64,000 nucleotides of DNA, from contig NC_068989.1 in assembly GCF_001194135.2 (NCBI RefSeq), positions 19,478,286 through 19,542,285 on the forward strand. The letters are read 5' to 3'. Shown piece by piece: positions 22,820 to 35,870 of the stretch. The translations under genes and the position numbers were made by a program. Source of the DNA: Octopus bimaculoides (lineage: Eukaryota). The notes below the pieces were generated by a model. It was not told where the DNA came from. It was given only the letters and a program-made list of their open reading frames with translations, and made no database searches. Positions within the stretch are counted from its first letter, which is position 1. Each line of letters opens with the position of its first letter.

Positions 22820-22980
22820 CAAGCACAGGTGTGGTTGAGAACCGCACTTCCTAACCAGGTGTCTTGGGTTCAGACCCACTGCGTAGTACCTGGGGCAAGT
22901 GTCTTCTACTATAGTGTTGCACTGATCAAAGTGTTGTACATAGATTTGGTAGAAGGAAACTGAAAGAAACTTGTTGCATG
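22820..22980 (+). mobile_element. SINE family A head and core
   Basis: GGGTTCAGACCCACTGCG...GGGCAAGTGTCTTCTACTATAG...GGAAACTGAAAGAA. Confidence 0.75.
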
Positions 22981-22996
22981 TGTGTGTGTGTGCTAT

Positions 22997-25193
22997 ATCA
23001 TCATCATCATCATCGTTTAATGTCCGCTTTCCATGCTGGCATGGGTTAGACAGTTTGACTGAGGACTGGTGAGCCAGAGGCTGCACCAGGCTCAATCTGA
23101 TCTGGCAAAGTTTCTATAGCTGGATGCCCTTCCTAACACCAACCACTCCGAGAGTGTAGTGGGTGCTTTTACATGACACCAGAATGAGGGCTAGTCAGAC
23201 GGTTCTGGCAATGACCACACTCAAAAGGTGTTTTTTTACGTGCTACCTGCACGGGATCGAGTCCGGCGGCACTGGCAATGATTATGCTCGAATGTTGTTT
23301 TTCACGTGCCACCAGCACATGTGCCAGTAGGGCGACTCTGGCAATGATCCCGCTTGAATGGTGCTTTTCACATGCCACTGGCATGGGAGCCAATCCGTGA
23401 CCCTGGCAATGATCACGCTTGGATGTCCTTTTAATGTTTCACTGGCACAAGTGCCAATCAGGTGGTACTATCATTGGCCACATCAGCCATTTTGATTTCA
23501 CTTGCCTCAATAGGTCTTCGCAAGCAAAGTTTATTGTCCAATGAATGATGGGTATTCATAAAGTGGGCTGGTTCCACCCACTGGCATAGGCCATGGTCTC
23601 ACTTGGCTTGTCGGGTCTTCTCAAGCACAGCATATCTCCAAAAGTCTTGGTCACTAGTCATTGCCTCGGTAAGGCTCAATGTTTGAAGGTCGTGCTTCAC
23701 CACCTCATCCCAAGTTTTCCTGGGCCTACCTCTTCCACAAGTTCCCTCAACAGCTAGGGTGTGGCGTTTTTTCACACAGCTGTCTTCATTTCATTCATTT
23801 GCAATACATGACCATACCAGCGCAGTCATCTCTCTTGCACACCACATCTAATGCTTCTTAAATCCAACTTTTCTCTCAGGGCACTTACACTCTGTTGTGT
23901 ATGCACACTGACATTACACATCCAGCAGAGCATACTGGCTTCATTCCTTGCACGCTTATGCATGTCCTCAGCAGTCACAGCCCATGTTTCACTGCCATGT
24001 AGCATGGCTGTTCGTACATGTGTGTCATATACTCTGCTTTTTACTCTGAGTGAGAGACCCTTTGTCACCAGCAGAGGTAGGAGCTCTCTGAACTTAACTT
24101 TGCCGAGGCTGTTCTTGTTCTAGCGGCTACACTTTCAGAGCATCCACCCCTGCTACTGAGTTGGTCCCCTAGGTAACGAAAGCTATCAACTACTTCTAGT
24201 TTTTCTCCCTGCAATGTGACAGAAGCTGTTCTCTGTACATTTTCAGTGTTTATAGCACCTGCGCATTTGCCACATACAAAAACTATATTCCCTTTGATAT
24301 TGCTGCATCTCTTATGTGTCCATAGCTTACACTGGGTACATATTATGGAGTTTCTACCTATGCCTTTTCTACAGATCGAGCAGGGCCATCTACCTGAAGG
24401 GATTTGTGGTTTGTCTGCCTTATTAAGACTTTGGTTTTAGCTAGGTTGACTCTAAGGCCCTTTGATTCTAATCTTTGCTTCCTCACCTGAAACTTTTCCT
24501 CTAGTTCTGATAGTGACTCACCAATTAGAGCAATGTCATCAGCATAAAGAAGCTCCCAGGGGCATCCTGTTTTGAATTCCTGTGTTATTGCCTGGAGGAC
24601 TATAATGATTAAGAGGGGGCTGAGGACTGATCCTTGGTGGACCTCTACCCTACGTGGAATTCTTCACTGTACTCGTTGCCAACCCTCACCTTATTGACAG
24701 CATCCTTGTACATGGCTTGCACAGCTCTCACTAACCATTCACGTATCCCTAGTTTCCTCATTGACCACCAGACAAGGGATCGGGGGACCCTGTCAAAGGC
24801 TTTCTCCATGTCAATGAAAGCCAGGTACAGAGGTTTATCTTTGGCTAGGTATTTCTCTTGCAGCTGTCTTACCAGAAATATAGCATCAGTGGGGCTTTTC
24901 CCTGGCACGAACCCAAACTGCGTCTCATCTAGACTGACTCTCTCCCTAATTAGTTGGGCTATGACCCTCTCTATGACCTTCATTATCTGATCCAACAACT
25001 TGATACCTCTAATTATTTGTATCTAATGCATGACCCTTACCTTTGTAGCAGTTGACTATGGTGCTGCTACACCAGTCATTGGGTATGACTCCTTCATGTA
25101 TCACCTGGTTAACTATACGGATGACTAGGCTACAGCCGACACTGCCAGATATGTTGAGCATCTCTGCGGTGATTTTTGATGGGCTGGGGGCTT
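22997..25193 (-). mobile_element. RTE LINE, 5'-truncated (RT, Cys-rich finger, 3' UTR, tail)
   Basis: Contains QFGFVPG, DMEKAFDRVP, the LLYADD region (TCAGCATAAAG on the + strand) and RRLxxxG-type C-terminal motifs; disrupted by stops and frameshifts. Confidence 0.95.
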
Positions 25194-26034
25194 TATATAT
25201 ATATATGTAAATAAATAGAAAGGTTTAATAGTCTAAGACATACAAAGACACACATACCTTCTGTTTACAAGAGTGTACAGTTACACACCAATCCACGTAT
25301 ACATAGTTTAATAATGTATTGTTTATATCCAACAGTGTGTGAACATGCATGTACATATAGTATATCTGAAATGCCCATCATTGTATGAAAGTGTTCTTTA
25401 TATTGTACATCAGTTTGGTTTTCTACATTTAGCTGCAAATTTGGAAGATCAAACAGTGGTATGTGTCTATATTTTAACTGAAGGCTTTTGATTTAAGGAT
25501 GAATATGTCTTTAAAACAAAATTTCGTTAGCGGCTCCCAAAATTTGATTTTTGTCATTACGTGCAGTAGATGTTTGGAAAACTATATTGGGCAAATTAGA
25601 TTATCACTATACAGGAGAATGACAATGCATAAACAACAGGTTGATAACAAAAAAATCTAGAAAATGCACACACATACCAAAATCTACTCACAAGGCTTAG
25701 GTCAACCATAATCTTTTGTAGCAGGTATATACACACACACACACGTATATATGTATACACTCAAACACATTGGAGGATGCCAATCTATTAACTGGGTTAC
25801 ATCATGACCCAAAACTTCTCACAGCATCATACACCCATACAATCATCATACAGATAATTGTATCAGTGTCATCTTTCCTGTGAGCAACTCAACACTTCCA
25901 TTTTATTTGTTAACATCCATCACCTCTGTTATCTTGGAACTTTCCACATCTCTAGACATCAGTCTCCACCAACCACTTTTTCACCACAGCCACTTTCTGT
26001 CATAAGGTAGGAGCAGGAACATACAACAAGATAT

Positions 26035-27355
26035 TCATCATCATCGTTTAACGTCCTCTTTCCATGCTAGCATGGGTTGGACGATTTGACTGAGGACTGG
26101 TGAACCAGATGGCTACACCAGGCTCCAGTCTGATTTGGCAGAGTTTCTACAGCTGGATGCCCTTCCTAACGCCAACCACTCCGAGAGTGTAGTGGGTGCT
26201 TTTACGTGCCACCGGCATGAAGGCCAGTCACGCGGTACTGGCAACGGCCACATTCAAAATGGTGTATGTTATGTGCCACCTGCACAGGAGCCAGTCCAGA
26301 GGCACTGGCAACGACCTTGCTCAAATGTCTTTTCACGTGCCAGTAAGGCAACGCTGGTAACAATCACACTCAAATGGTGCTATTTACATGCCACTGGCAC
26401 AGAAGCCAGACAGCTGCTCTGGCAACGATCACGTTCGGATGGTGCTGTTAGCGCTCCACTGGTACAGGTGCCATCACGATTTCGCTTTCACTTGCCCCAA
26501 CAGGTCTTCGCAAGCTGAGTTTAGTGTCCAATGAAGGAGACGACATGGGTGCCAGTCGTAGAATTTAGTTCGATTTTGATTGCCTCAACAGGTCTTCGCA
26601 AGCGAGTTTAGTGTCCAATGAAGGAAAGGTACGCATAAACGGGCTGGCTACACCCCTGGCAGAGGCCTTAGATTATGGTCTCACTTGGCTTGCCAGGTCT
26701 TCTCATGCACAGCATATTTCCAAAGGTCTCGGTCAGAAGTCATCGCCTCGGTGAGGCCTAATGTTCGAAGGTTGTGCTTCACCACCTCATCCCAGGTATT
26801 CCTGGGTCTACCTCTTCCACAGGTTCCCTCAACCGCTTGGGTGTGGCACTTTTTCACACAGCTATCCTCATCCATTCTTGCCACATGACCATACCAGCGC
26901 AATCGTCTCTCTTGCACACCACAACTGATGCTTCTTAGGTTCAACTTTTCTCNNNNNNNNNNNNNNNNNNNNNNNNNNNNNNNNNNNNNNNNNNNNNNNN
27001 NNNNNNNNNNNNNNNNNNNNNNNNNNNNNNNNNNNNNNNNNNNNNNNNNNNNNNNNNNNNNNNNNNNNNNNGCCCATGTTTCACTGCCATGTAGCATGGC
27101 TGTTCGTACACATGCGTCATACAGTCTGCCTTTTACTCTGAGTGAGAGGCCCTTTGTCACCAGCAGCGGTAAGAGCTCTCTGAACTTTGCCCAGGCTGTT
27201 CTTGTTCTAGCAGCTACACTTTCAGCGCACTCTCCCCCACTACTAATTTGGTCACCTAGATAGCAGAAGCTATCAACTACATCTAGTTTTCCTCCCTGGA
27301 ATGTGGCAGAAGTTGTTTTCTGCACATTTTCAGTGTTTATTGCTCCTGAACATCT
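26035..27355 (-). mobile_element. RTE LINE 3' end
   Basis: Encodes FCYLGDQISSGG...WAKFRELLP...RLRWYGHV...GRGRPR, followed by 3' UTR and (CAT)n tail; contains a gap. Confidence 0.95.
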
Positions 27356-28429
27356 GCCAATTAGATTAGAATATAGGTGGCTATAGCAATTAAAAACAAA
27401 ACGGTAAAATTAATAAATGAGGGTGCAAAATAGCACCTACAGTTGCTAGAAATGAGAGCTAAAATTTAACTTGAACAGTCACACAAAAGCACAATTCTCA
27501 TGAAATAGTCGGGACTCACAGAATGAAGTAGTTTGATAAAACCTTATCACGTGATTTTGAAATTTGATCAGTATGGTCTTGTTTCCCATTGTTTTACTCT
27601 TGCTTACTCCAAACAGACTTCCGTCTATTAATTCCTCTTTCAAATACACTCAAAGAAATATTGGTATTGTTGCTTGCTTTCATAAAATGTGACCTTTGAA
27701 CATTACTTGTGTTGACCATAAAAATTCTATTTTGATAATGATGATGTATATATTCAGTTTTAACACATGGGTCTTTGATAGCAAAGTGGAAAGAAATGAC
27801 ATGTGCATGCTCCTGTTGGGTGTGCATGAATGATTCAGTACAAATGTACCGAGAGAACAACTGAGCATAAGGGGAATTATGTGGTATGCAAGGAAGACAA
27901 TTGCACTGATATGGACATGTGATGCTTATAGATAAGGATAGCTGTGAAAAGAAGTGCTGATTACTAAATATGGATGGAGTTTGTGGAAGGAGACTTGGGG
28001 AGACATGGGACGAAGAGGTGAAGGTGGATCAGGACCTTAGACCTTATGGAGGAGATGACAAGAGATTAAGATGACTGGGAATATGTGATTCCTGAGCGAA
28101 CCTCTCCAACTTATACTAAGTTCTCGAAGCACTGTGTGTGTGTATAAAAATTATGGTGGTGATGCACAACCCAAGATACCCTACCACCCTTTGTGTCTAA
28201 CTGCAGCTTTTCCTTGATTCCGCTAATCTATAAGCTCTTCATTTTTAATATTGTTCTCTCCACTCACACTTTGCATTGGTCTACCCTGCCCTCATACTCA
28301 CCAAATCAAGTCTCCACCACCATACATTTGTCTCTTCCTCCACACTCCACACCTGCTCCTCTCTCTCTTTCTCATACACTCCTTCATCCTTTCCCTCTCT
28401 ACTGTATCGGCAACACTATTCTGCTTCTC

Positions 28430-28805
28430 TTTTATTCTTTCACTTGTTTTAGTCATTTGATTGCGGCCATGCTGGAACTCTACCTTAAAGGGTTTTAGTC
28501 AAACAAATCGACCCCATGACTTATTCTTTGTAAGCCTAGTACTTATTCTATCAGTATCTTTTGCTGAACTGCTAAGTTACAGGGATGTAAACACACCAAT
28601 ATTGGTTGTCAAGTGATGGTGGGGGCACAAACACAGACACACACATATAAATACATACATATGTACACACACGATAGGCTTCTTTCAGTTTCCGTCTACC
28701 ACATGCACTCACAACGCAGCCTGAGGCTATAGTGGAAGACACTTGTTCAATGTGCCACGCAGTGGGACTGTACCCAGAACCATATGGTAGGGAAGCAAGC
28801 TTCTT
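28430..28805 (-). mobile_element. SINE family A, diverged
   Basis: Head, core and tail in reverse orientation. Confidence 0.85.
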
Positions 28806-29724
28806 CTTACCTTGCAAACAGCTTGGCAAAAAGAAAAAGATAGAATAAGTATCAGATTTAAAAAAAAAAATGTCCTAAGCTCAATCTGATCAACTAAACC
28901 CTTCATGGTGCTGCCCTAGTATTGTCACAATTCTATGACTGGAACAAGTGTAAACAATGCATTGTGCACGTGTGTATGTATACACACTCACAGAATTGAA
29001 TTAAGAGAAATAACTCAATGTGGTCAGTAGCATGTATTTGAACAACATAAATGAATACAAGTATTTCAGATACCATATAACATAAATTCTTAATTTATTA
29101 AAATTTTCCCCTGCCTCTAGAGGATGTCATAATTGCCAAATGGCAATTAAGATTACATGAGAAGGGGAGATAATCTCAAGAAGCCACACTTTTTGCAAAG
29201 TTGCATGTCATTAAGGAAAAGGAGATAAGAGGACAGTTGTGGGCATGTGTGTTTGGCTCATCAGCATGACAGCTGTCCAACCTTATCTTCAGTCACTGAA
29301 GGACTTAGACTTAAATAAAAAAAGAATAGAAAATATTTATAGCCCAGGTAAAACAAATGCAATATACATACAAATGTGTGTGTGTGTGTTTTAGCATCCA
29401 CTTTTCCATACTTGCATGGGTTGGAAAGTTTATTGAGGCAGATTTTCTCTGATGTCAAGTCAAGGAATCAAATATAAAAGCATGCACTCACAACATAAAT
29501 ATATATAGACAGGCTTCTTTCAATTTCCATCTATTAAATCCACTCTCGAAGCTTTGGTTGACTCAGGGCTGTAGTAGAAGACACTTGCCCAAGGTGCCAT
29601 GCAGTGGGACTGAACCCAGACCCATGTGTTTGGGAAGCAAACTTCTAAACCACACAGCCATGCTGTATGGCATGTTATCAGATTGTGCCATCACACATAT
29701 GCACATCATTCTGTATTATTTTTA

Positions 29725-30135
29725 ACTAGTGACCGAGTCCTATGCTGTGCTTGAGAAGACCTATCAAGCCAAGTAAAATTGTGGTCATGTCTGATGCTGG
29801 TTGTCACGTACAAAAAAAGCACCTTTGGATTGTTGAGCCTCACAGAGGCAAAGTGGGCCTCTTGGAGGCAGTGACGAATGACTGAAACTTTGGCATTATG
29901 TCATGCTTGAGAAGACCCATCAAGTGGTGGCAGATACTGGTGTCACACAAATGGCACCTGTGCCTGTGTCATGTAAAAACACTCATTAAATTCTCAGTGC
30001 GGTTGGAGTTAGAAAGGGCATCCAGCTGTAGAAACCATGCCAGATCAGACTGGAGTCTGGTGCAACCTTCCAGCTTGCCAGCCCTGGTCAAACCGTACAA
30101 CCCATGGACAATGGATGCTAAATGATGATGATGAT
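29725..30135 (+). mobile_element. RTE 3' UTR and tail
   Basis: GTGCTTGAGAAGACCTATCAAGCCAAG blocks, ending GCTAAATGATGATGATG. Confidence 0.8.
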
Positions 30136-30577
30136 TTCCATGCTGCCATGGGTCGGACTGATCATTGCTCACCTGATGCAGGTGGGTTTAGAGCATTACT
30201 CGTATATTGTTTAACATTTAATATCTGGTTTCCATGCTAGCATGTGTTGGATGGATTATTGCCGTGTCTTCTTACATATCACTTTTGGTTGTATACTGTT
30301 CCTTATAGCACATTTTATAGAGTGTGTCGAGAGCATTTCATTTTTGTGTTGTGTTCTTGACAAGACTTATCAGAAATGGAATTTTTTTTACGTTGGACAC
30401 AGAGGTAGTAGCAAATGTGGGCTAAGTAGGGATGCTTCCATCATCAAGTACCATATGGCATAGGTTGGACATGCCCGTTTACATGATGATTTCAGACTTC
30501 CAAAGTTTTACGTTATGGAGAATTAGTTCTCCATAAAGTACCCCAGCACAAACTAAAAGGATTTCAAAAAGATATGG

Positions 30578-30788
30578 TAACCTTTTTGTTACCATATTTC
30601 TATTAAAATACACTGCTCTTGTTTCAGTTAAACTTTTAAAATAATGAAGGATTTAATATCTTGCTCATTATTAAGCTCATTTGGAACATAACTTAGCATG
30701 ACATTTTAATTTAAATCCCTTTAAAGCATGAATTTTGTATCATATAGCACCAGAGTAGTTTTAGATGGGTTGGTATCAAAAGGGTTAA
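30578..30788. mobile_element. TTAA-type MITE, family 2
   Basis: TAA-CCTTTTTGTTACC...GGTATCAAAAGGG-TTAA; a related left end occurs at 34952. Confidence 0.65.
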
Positions 30789-31070
30789 ATTTAAGTCTTT
30801 AGCTCAAATAATATCTTCAATAATTGTTGAAAAAAGTGACAATACTTTTCTTCATGTTTGGCGGAATCTGATTCCATGTTAAGTCAAAATGTTGAATTAA
30901 CTAAATTCAAAATTGATTATTTTGTTTGTTTTTAAACCATACTGTTCATGTCTTTTCTTGTGAATGGCATGAATAAAACTATCTTTACAATGTTTTGACA
31001 AACATGTAAGAATTTTTTGTTACCTTGTAGTGTAGCATTATTGTTAGTCAACAATTTTTGAATTCACAGA

Positions 31071-31289
31071 TCCTTTAGCATTCAGATTACTCTGTCAAAT
31101 GTAATGCTTATTCATTCATATTGCTTTGAATTATCTTGCATTATCTTGTAGCTTTGAGATTTGAATGATGTGATTGTTTAATTTTAGAATGACAATGAGG
31201 GTAGGTGTCAGAGGTTGGATCTGGCCAGTTTGAACATAAAACAAGGTAGAATATTTGAGCTGGATATAGTTTAAATGCTAAAGGGTTAA
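31071..31289. mobile_element. piggyBac-type MITE, family 1
   Basis: CCTTTAGCATT...AATGCTAAAGGG-TTAA. Confidence 0.75.
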
Positions 31290-32134
31290 GATTTTCCAGT
31301 CATGCTTGTAATAGTTGTAGTCTGTCACTACTGATGTATTAGTGTTGCACTGGAACTTTAAAAATGCTGTGACTAAATCTCTTCAGTGTGGGTGTATGCA
31401 TAGATGAAGGTGTGGCTGTATGGCAAGAAGTTTGCTTCCGAACCACATGGTTCCAGTTTCATCCACACTGCGTGGTACCATGGGCAAGTGTTTTCTACTA
31501 CAGATATGGGCTGACCAAGGCATTGTGAATGGATTTGGTAGACAAAAACTGAAGAGAAGCTTGTGGTGTGTGGGTGATTCCATGTAAACCAGGGACAAGA
31601 AAAAAAGAGAGAATTTTGAAACCCACCATCTCAGATTTTCACTACATTTTGACTGGTTGTTCCTAACAGTAAAAACAGAAAGAGTGCAAAATTTCAGGCC
31701 CCATCTCCCAACAGTTCAAAAGTTATATCAATTTGAAATTTGGCCCAAATCACCCATTTTTAGGCTTGCGATGGCCATCTTGAATTTCAATTTTGCAACA
31801 AATAATGTAATATCTTTCAATCCACATGGATTATTTTTCTGAAAATTTGTACCTGACCATTTTTTGGGGGGTGCTGAGTCTGAATTTGAAGAGAAAAGAG
31901 TCTTGGTAAAATGCTTGTTTTCTTGAATCAAGATGAAAACACTTTACTCTTTTCCCCTGATACTGTTTGTGTACTCAAAGCCAAATTTCCAGAAGTGCCC
32001 AAATCCTACAGCTTCAAAACTTTTGGCACATAAACTGGACATAATCTTTTACTTGTGCATGAAAAATCTCAATGGAACTCTCAAGGCATCAAAAGTTATT
32101 ATCATTCATCTCAGAAGCATAATTTTTGAATTTT

Positions 32135-32925
32135 TCTGTTACCTAGGAGACCAGAGTTGTAGATAGCTTTTGTTACCTAGGGCAAAGTTCATAGAACTTC
32201 TACCTTTGTTGGTAACTAAGGGCCTCTCCCTCAGATTGAAAGGCAGATTGTATGATACCTGTGTACATACAGCTATGTTACATGGCAGTGAAACATAGGC
32301 TTTGACTAAAGAAGACTTGAGAAGGCTTGAAAGAAATGAAGCTAGCATGTTCTGCTGGATGGGCAATGTCAGTGTGTATGCATGACAGTCTAAATGATTT
32401 AAGAGGAAAACTGGGTATAAGAGGCATCAGATGTGTGCAAGAGAGAAGACTGTGCAGGTTTGGTCATGTGATGCATATGGATGAGGACAGCTGTATAAAG
32501 AAGTGCTGAGCTCTAATTGTGGAGGGTTCCTGTAGAAGTGGTAGACCCAGGAAGACATGGGACGAAGTGGTGAGAAAGGATCTTCGGGCGCTGGGCCTCA
32601 TTGAGGAAATTACATTGGACTGGGAGATGTAGTGATTTGCTTTACTTGATAATACGCGTCTGCACATACAGGCTTGTCCTTTCAGGTGCTGGTGCCACAT
32701 AAAAGCACCAGTGCTGGTGCTGCGTAAACGCACCTGTGCTGGTGACATGTAAAAAGCACCCAGCACACTCTGATAGGTGGTTGGCATTAGGAAGGGTATC
32801 CAGCCATAGAAATCCTATCACAACAGACAATTGGAGTCTGGACAGCTACCAGCTGACCAGTTCAATGTCAAACTGTCCAACCCATGCCAGCATGGAAAGT
32901 GGACGTTAAACAACAATGATGATGA
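32135..32925 (+). mobile_element. RTE LINE 3' end, decayed
   Basis: Encodes CYLGD...RRLCRFGHVMHMDEDSC...GRPRKTW, followed by a tail. Confidence 0.85.
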
Positions 32926-32969
32926 TTAATGATTTAACATGGTTTTTACATTTTCATTTTAGTGTAATA

Positions 32970-33039
32970 ATGTCCAAAGACAACCCTGCTCCTGAACTTC
33001 TTTTGGAAGGTTATGAGGTTTATGATGGACCAAAAGGAG
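32970..33039 (+). CDS. First coding exon of the C2H2 zinc-finger gene (MSKDNPAPELLLEGYEVYDGPKG+G)
   Basis: Acceptor TTTTCATTTTAG at 32962, ATG at 32970, donor GAG|GTAAGT at 33040. The 70 nt end in phase 1, matching the phase needed at the 35871 acceptor. Confidence 0.75.
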
Positions 33040-33355
33040 GTAAGTTAAATACAATGTGCTTTTTGTATTCTTTAATTTAAAAATATTGTTTTAACCAAAG
33101 CAAGATAATCAGTACAAGGCTGCGTATAAGGCTGACTCAGGTTAAATATAAGATAAACACTCCTTCCAATGGATTACTTGGATATATTTGCAGATACCCC
33201 TTATCCAAATGATGGAATATATTTCAAAGAGAATGTCTTTATATTTGTATATGTCTGTTTAAGATGTGAACATGTATGTATTTGTTGTTGAGTGGTAAAA
33301 GTAACTTCCAATAACTTTAATTAATTTATTATTTACTTTTTCAAACCAAAAGGGT

Positions 33356-33880
33356 TTAATCCTTTAGCATTCACATTACTTGGTGAAATATAATGCTTAT
33401 TTATTCATGTTATTATGAATTAATCATACATTATTGTGTAATACAGTTCTATATTTAAGAGATGAGGAATTGTGTACATTATTTACATTTGACGGATATT
33501 TGTCCACATCTTTGTTGTTAACACAATGTTTTGGCATATGGCATAGTGGTTAGGAGCATGGGCTACTAACCCCAAGATTCCAAATTCGATTCCAAGCAGT
33601 GACCTGAATAATAATAATAATAATAATAACATCAAAAAATACCTTAAGAATGAGAACCCAGGTTCAAAATTTCCCCAAGACATCTGATGAGCCAAAAAGT
33701 GTTAACAACAAGATGAAGACAAATATCCATCTAATGTAAATGTATTATTGTGTAACTTTGAGCTTTCAATGATGTGATAATTTATTTTTAGAATGACGTT
33801 GTATAAGTGTGAGAGTCCCGATCTGGCCAGTTTGAACATATTTGGGACCAATGTGGCCAGTTTAAATGCTAATGGGTTAG
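33356..33880. mobile_element. piggyBac-type MITE family 1, interrupted by a nested element
   Basis: TTAA-TCCTTTAGCATT...AATGCTAATGGG; the MITE body resumes after about 33760. Confidence 0.7.
33475..33744 (+). mobile_element. tRNA-headed element with (AAT)n, decayed hammerhead tail and an inverted copy of its 3' end
   Basis: Inverted repeats 33475-33524 and 33699-33744; A-box TGGCATAGTGG at 33539-33549; B-box-like ATTCGATTC at 33584-33592; (AAT)n at 33607-33629; CTGATGA at 33684-33690. Confidence 0.6.
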
Positions 33881-35870
33881 TAACGAGGGGGAAAATTTGG
33901 GAGGTTCAATGACTTCAGTTAGAGGAACAAAAACGGTTAGAAAGTTAGAGCAAAATGAAACCAGAGTTAATCACAAGAATCCAAAATGTATACAGGTGTT
34001 TTATTTCTTGATAATTAGTTACATGTAGATATTTTCTATGGACTCTGGCATAGCTCTAGTTAAGAGATTCACTTTGCAGTTATATGGTTCTGGGTTGCTG
34101 CATGCTATTCTGGGTGTCTTCTACCATAATCTTGGATCAACCTAAACCTTTTAAGTAAAACTGGTTTGACTGAAATTCTGTAGGATTGTACCAGTTCTCA
34201 GGTGATAGCTTTAACCCCAATACTTGGCCCTTGGTGCCCTTAACAGGGCACCTGCTCTGTTACAGGTCCACAATTCATAGATTTATTCCCTACAGCTATA
34301 ATACCATGCCGAAAGGTTATCAGTACCTTTTCTTGTCATAACTAAGTCATAGCAAATTAAAAAGTTGAAATTAAAACGGATTATAAAAAAGGGATGCCTT
34401 GAGGCTGCAACAAATGTAGAAGAGAGTGAAAATGTCCATCATGTATTTATATACAAGTGATGTATTTAACAGACAGAACAACCATATCTAGCTTTTGTCA
34501 ACTTTCAGAAGATCTTACACACAACATATAATTTGGGACACTAAGAATAATTAGATTAGTGTTTGAAAAATTCTGTCATTAACTTCTAAGGTACTTCCAA
34601 TGGATCTTTGAAATTCTTTTATACTATTTTTCTTCATCTTAGTTTTGTGCAAGCCTTTTAGTTACATCTTTGTACTAATATTTTATATACATTTTATGGA
34701 TCGTTAATTGAACATAATTTTGCTATATTTTATATTGATTGGCTATATAGTTATAAAATAAACAATTTTTGCAGGCTGGGGTACACTTGTTTGCATAGGT
34801 TTCATTACTTATTGTTATTTATTTTATCAAAAGGGTAGGATTTAAACACCCCACTCTCATCCTGGGGTGTTTGAATTGAGAATTTAAAAAGAAATGGAAC
34901 ATAAAGATTTTAGTGTGGCACTGGACCTCTTAGCATCTCATTCAGTACCTTTTAACCCTTTTGTTACTATATTTCTAATCAAAATACACTTGTAATTGTT
35001 AATTTAGACTGGTTTCGTAATTTTTTTTTATTTATCAACATACTGTGATTTTTGAAACACAATTTAACAAAAGGTTCTTAACCAAATCTTTTTCACAATT
35101 TTTGTCTTGGAGCAAATCCAATTACAGGTAAATACAACAAAATACATTATTAGTTAAAAGCTAATATTCAATAAGTATACAACAAAATTTTAATAGAAGA
35201 ATTTTGCAAATTATTGGATTATCTATCAGTTGTATTTAATGCACATAAGACAGGTGTGCAATAAGGGTAACATAGAATGAAAAAGGTCTACCATAAAGGT
35301 AAAACAAAATGAAATACTGGAATTTGTTTTTGAAGAAAATTAGGAAATGAAATAGATGCCATCAACTAAATGAGATAAACTCACAATTAGACATAAATAC
35401 GCAGAAACACATATAATAATAATTCACAATCAAAATTAATCAAAATTTGTCACACACATCTTACAGGTAAATTAAAATTACAGGAAAATAAAAACAAGGT
35501 AAATTTGACAAAATATATTCATAAATTGAATTTATATGCATGCGTGCATACACACTCATTCACTCTCTCTCACTATCGTATGGGAAAACTCTTTTTTTCT
35601 CCTCTGTTTATATTCTGAGTAATGATTTGTTTCAAGTCACTTCAAAGGGAAAAGTTTAGAAAATAATCTAATGGGTTCTTTTCCTTGGAAAGACTGTGGC
35701 TAGGTCTAATGTCTGAAACCTGGCTAAGTAGTTATTTCAAAGCATTGGTTTCCATTACATTTTCGAGTTAGCATAAAATTTTTACAAGATCATGTCAGAT
35801 AGTAAGCTATTAGAAAATACATAATTATGAATTATGTAATTGATATGTTATCTTTTTTTTTTTTTTTTAG

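Noticed and set aside
33880-33995. Open frame NEGENLGGSMT...KCIQ ending at CAG|GT within the ZnF intron
   Set aside because: The acceptor is weak and the phase is incompatible with the 33039 donor; in-phase splicing hits a stop.
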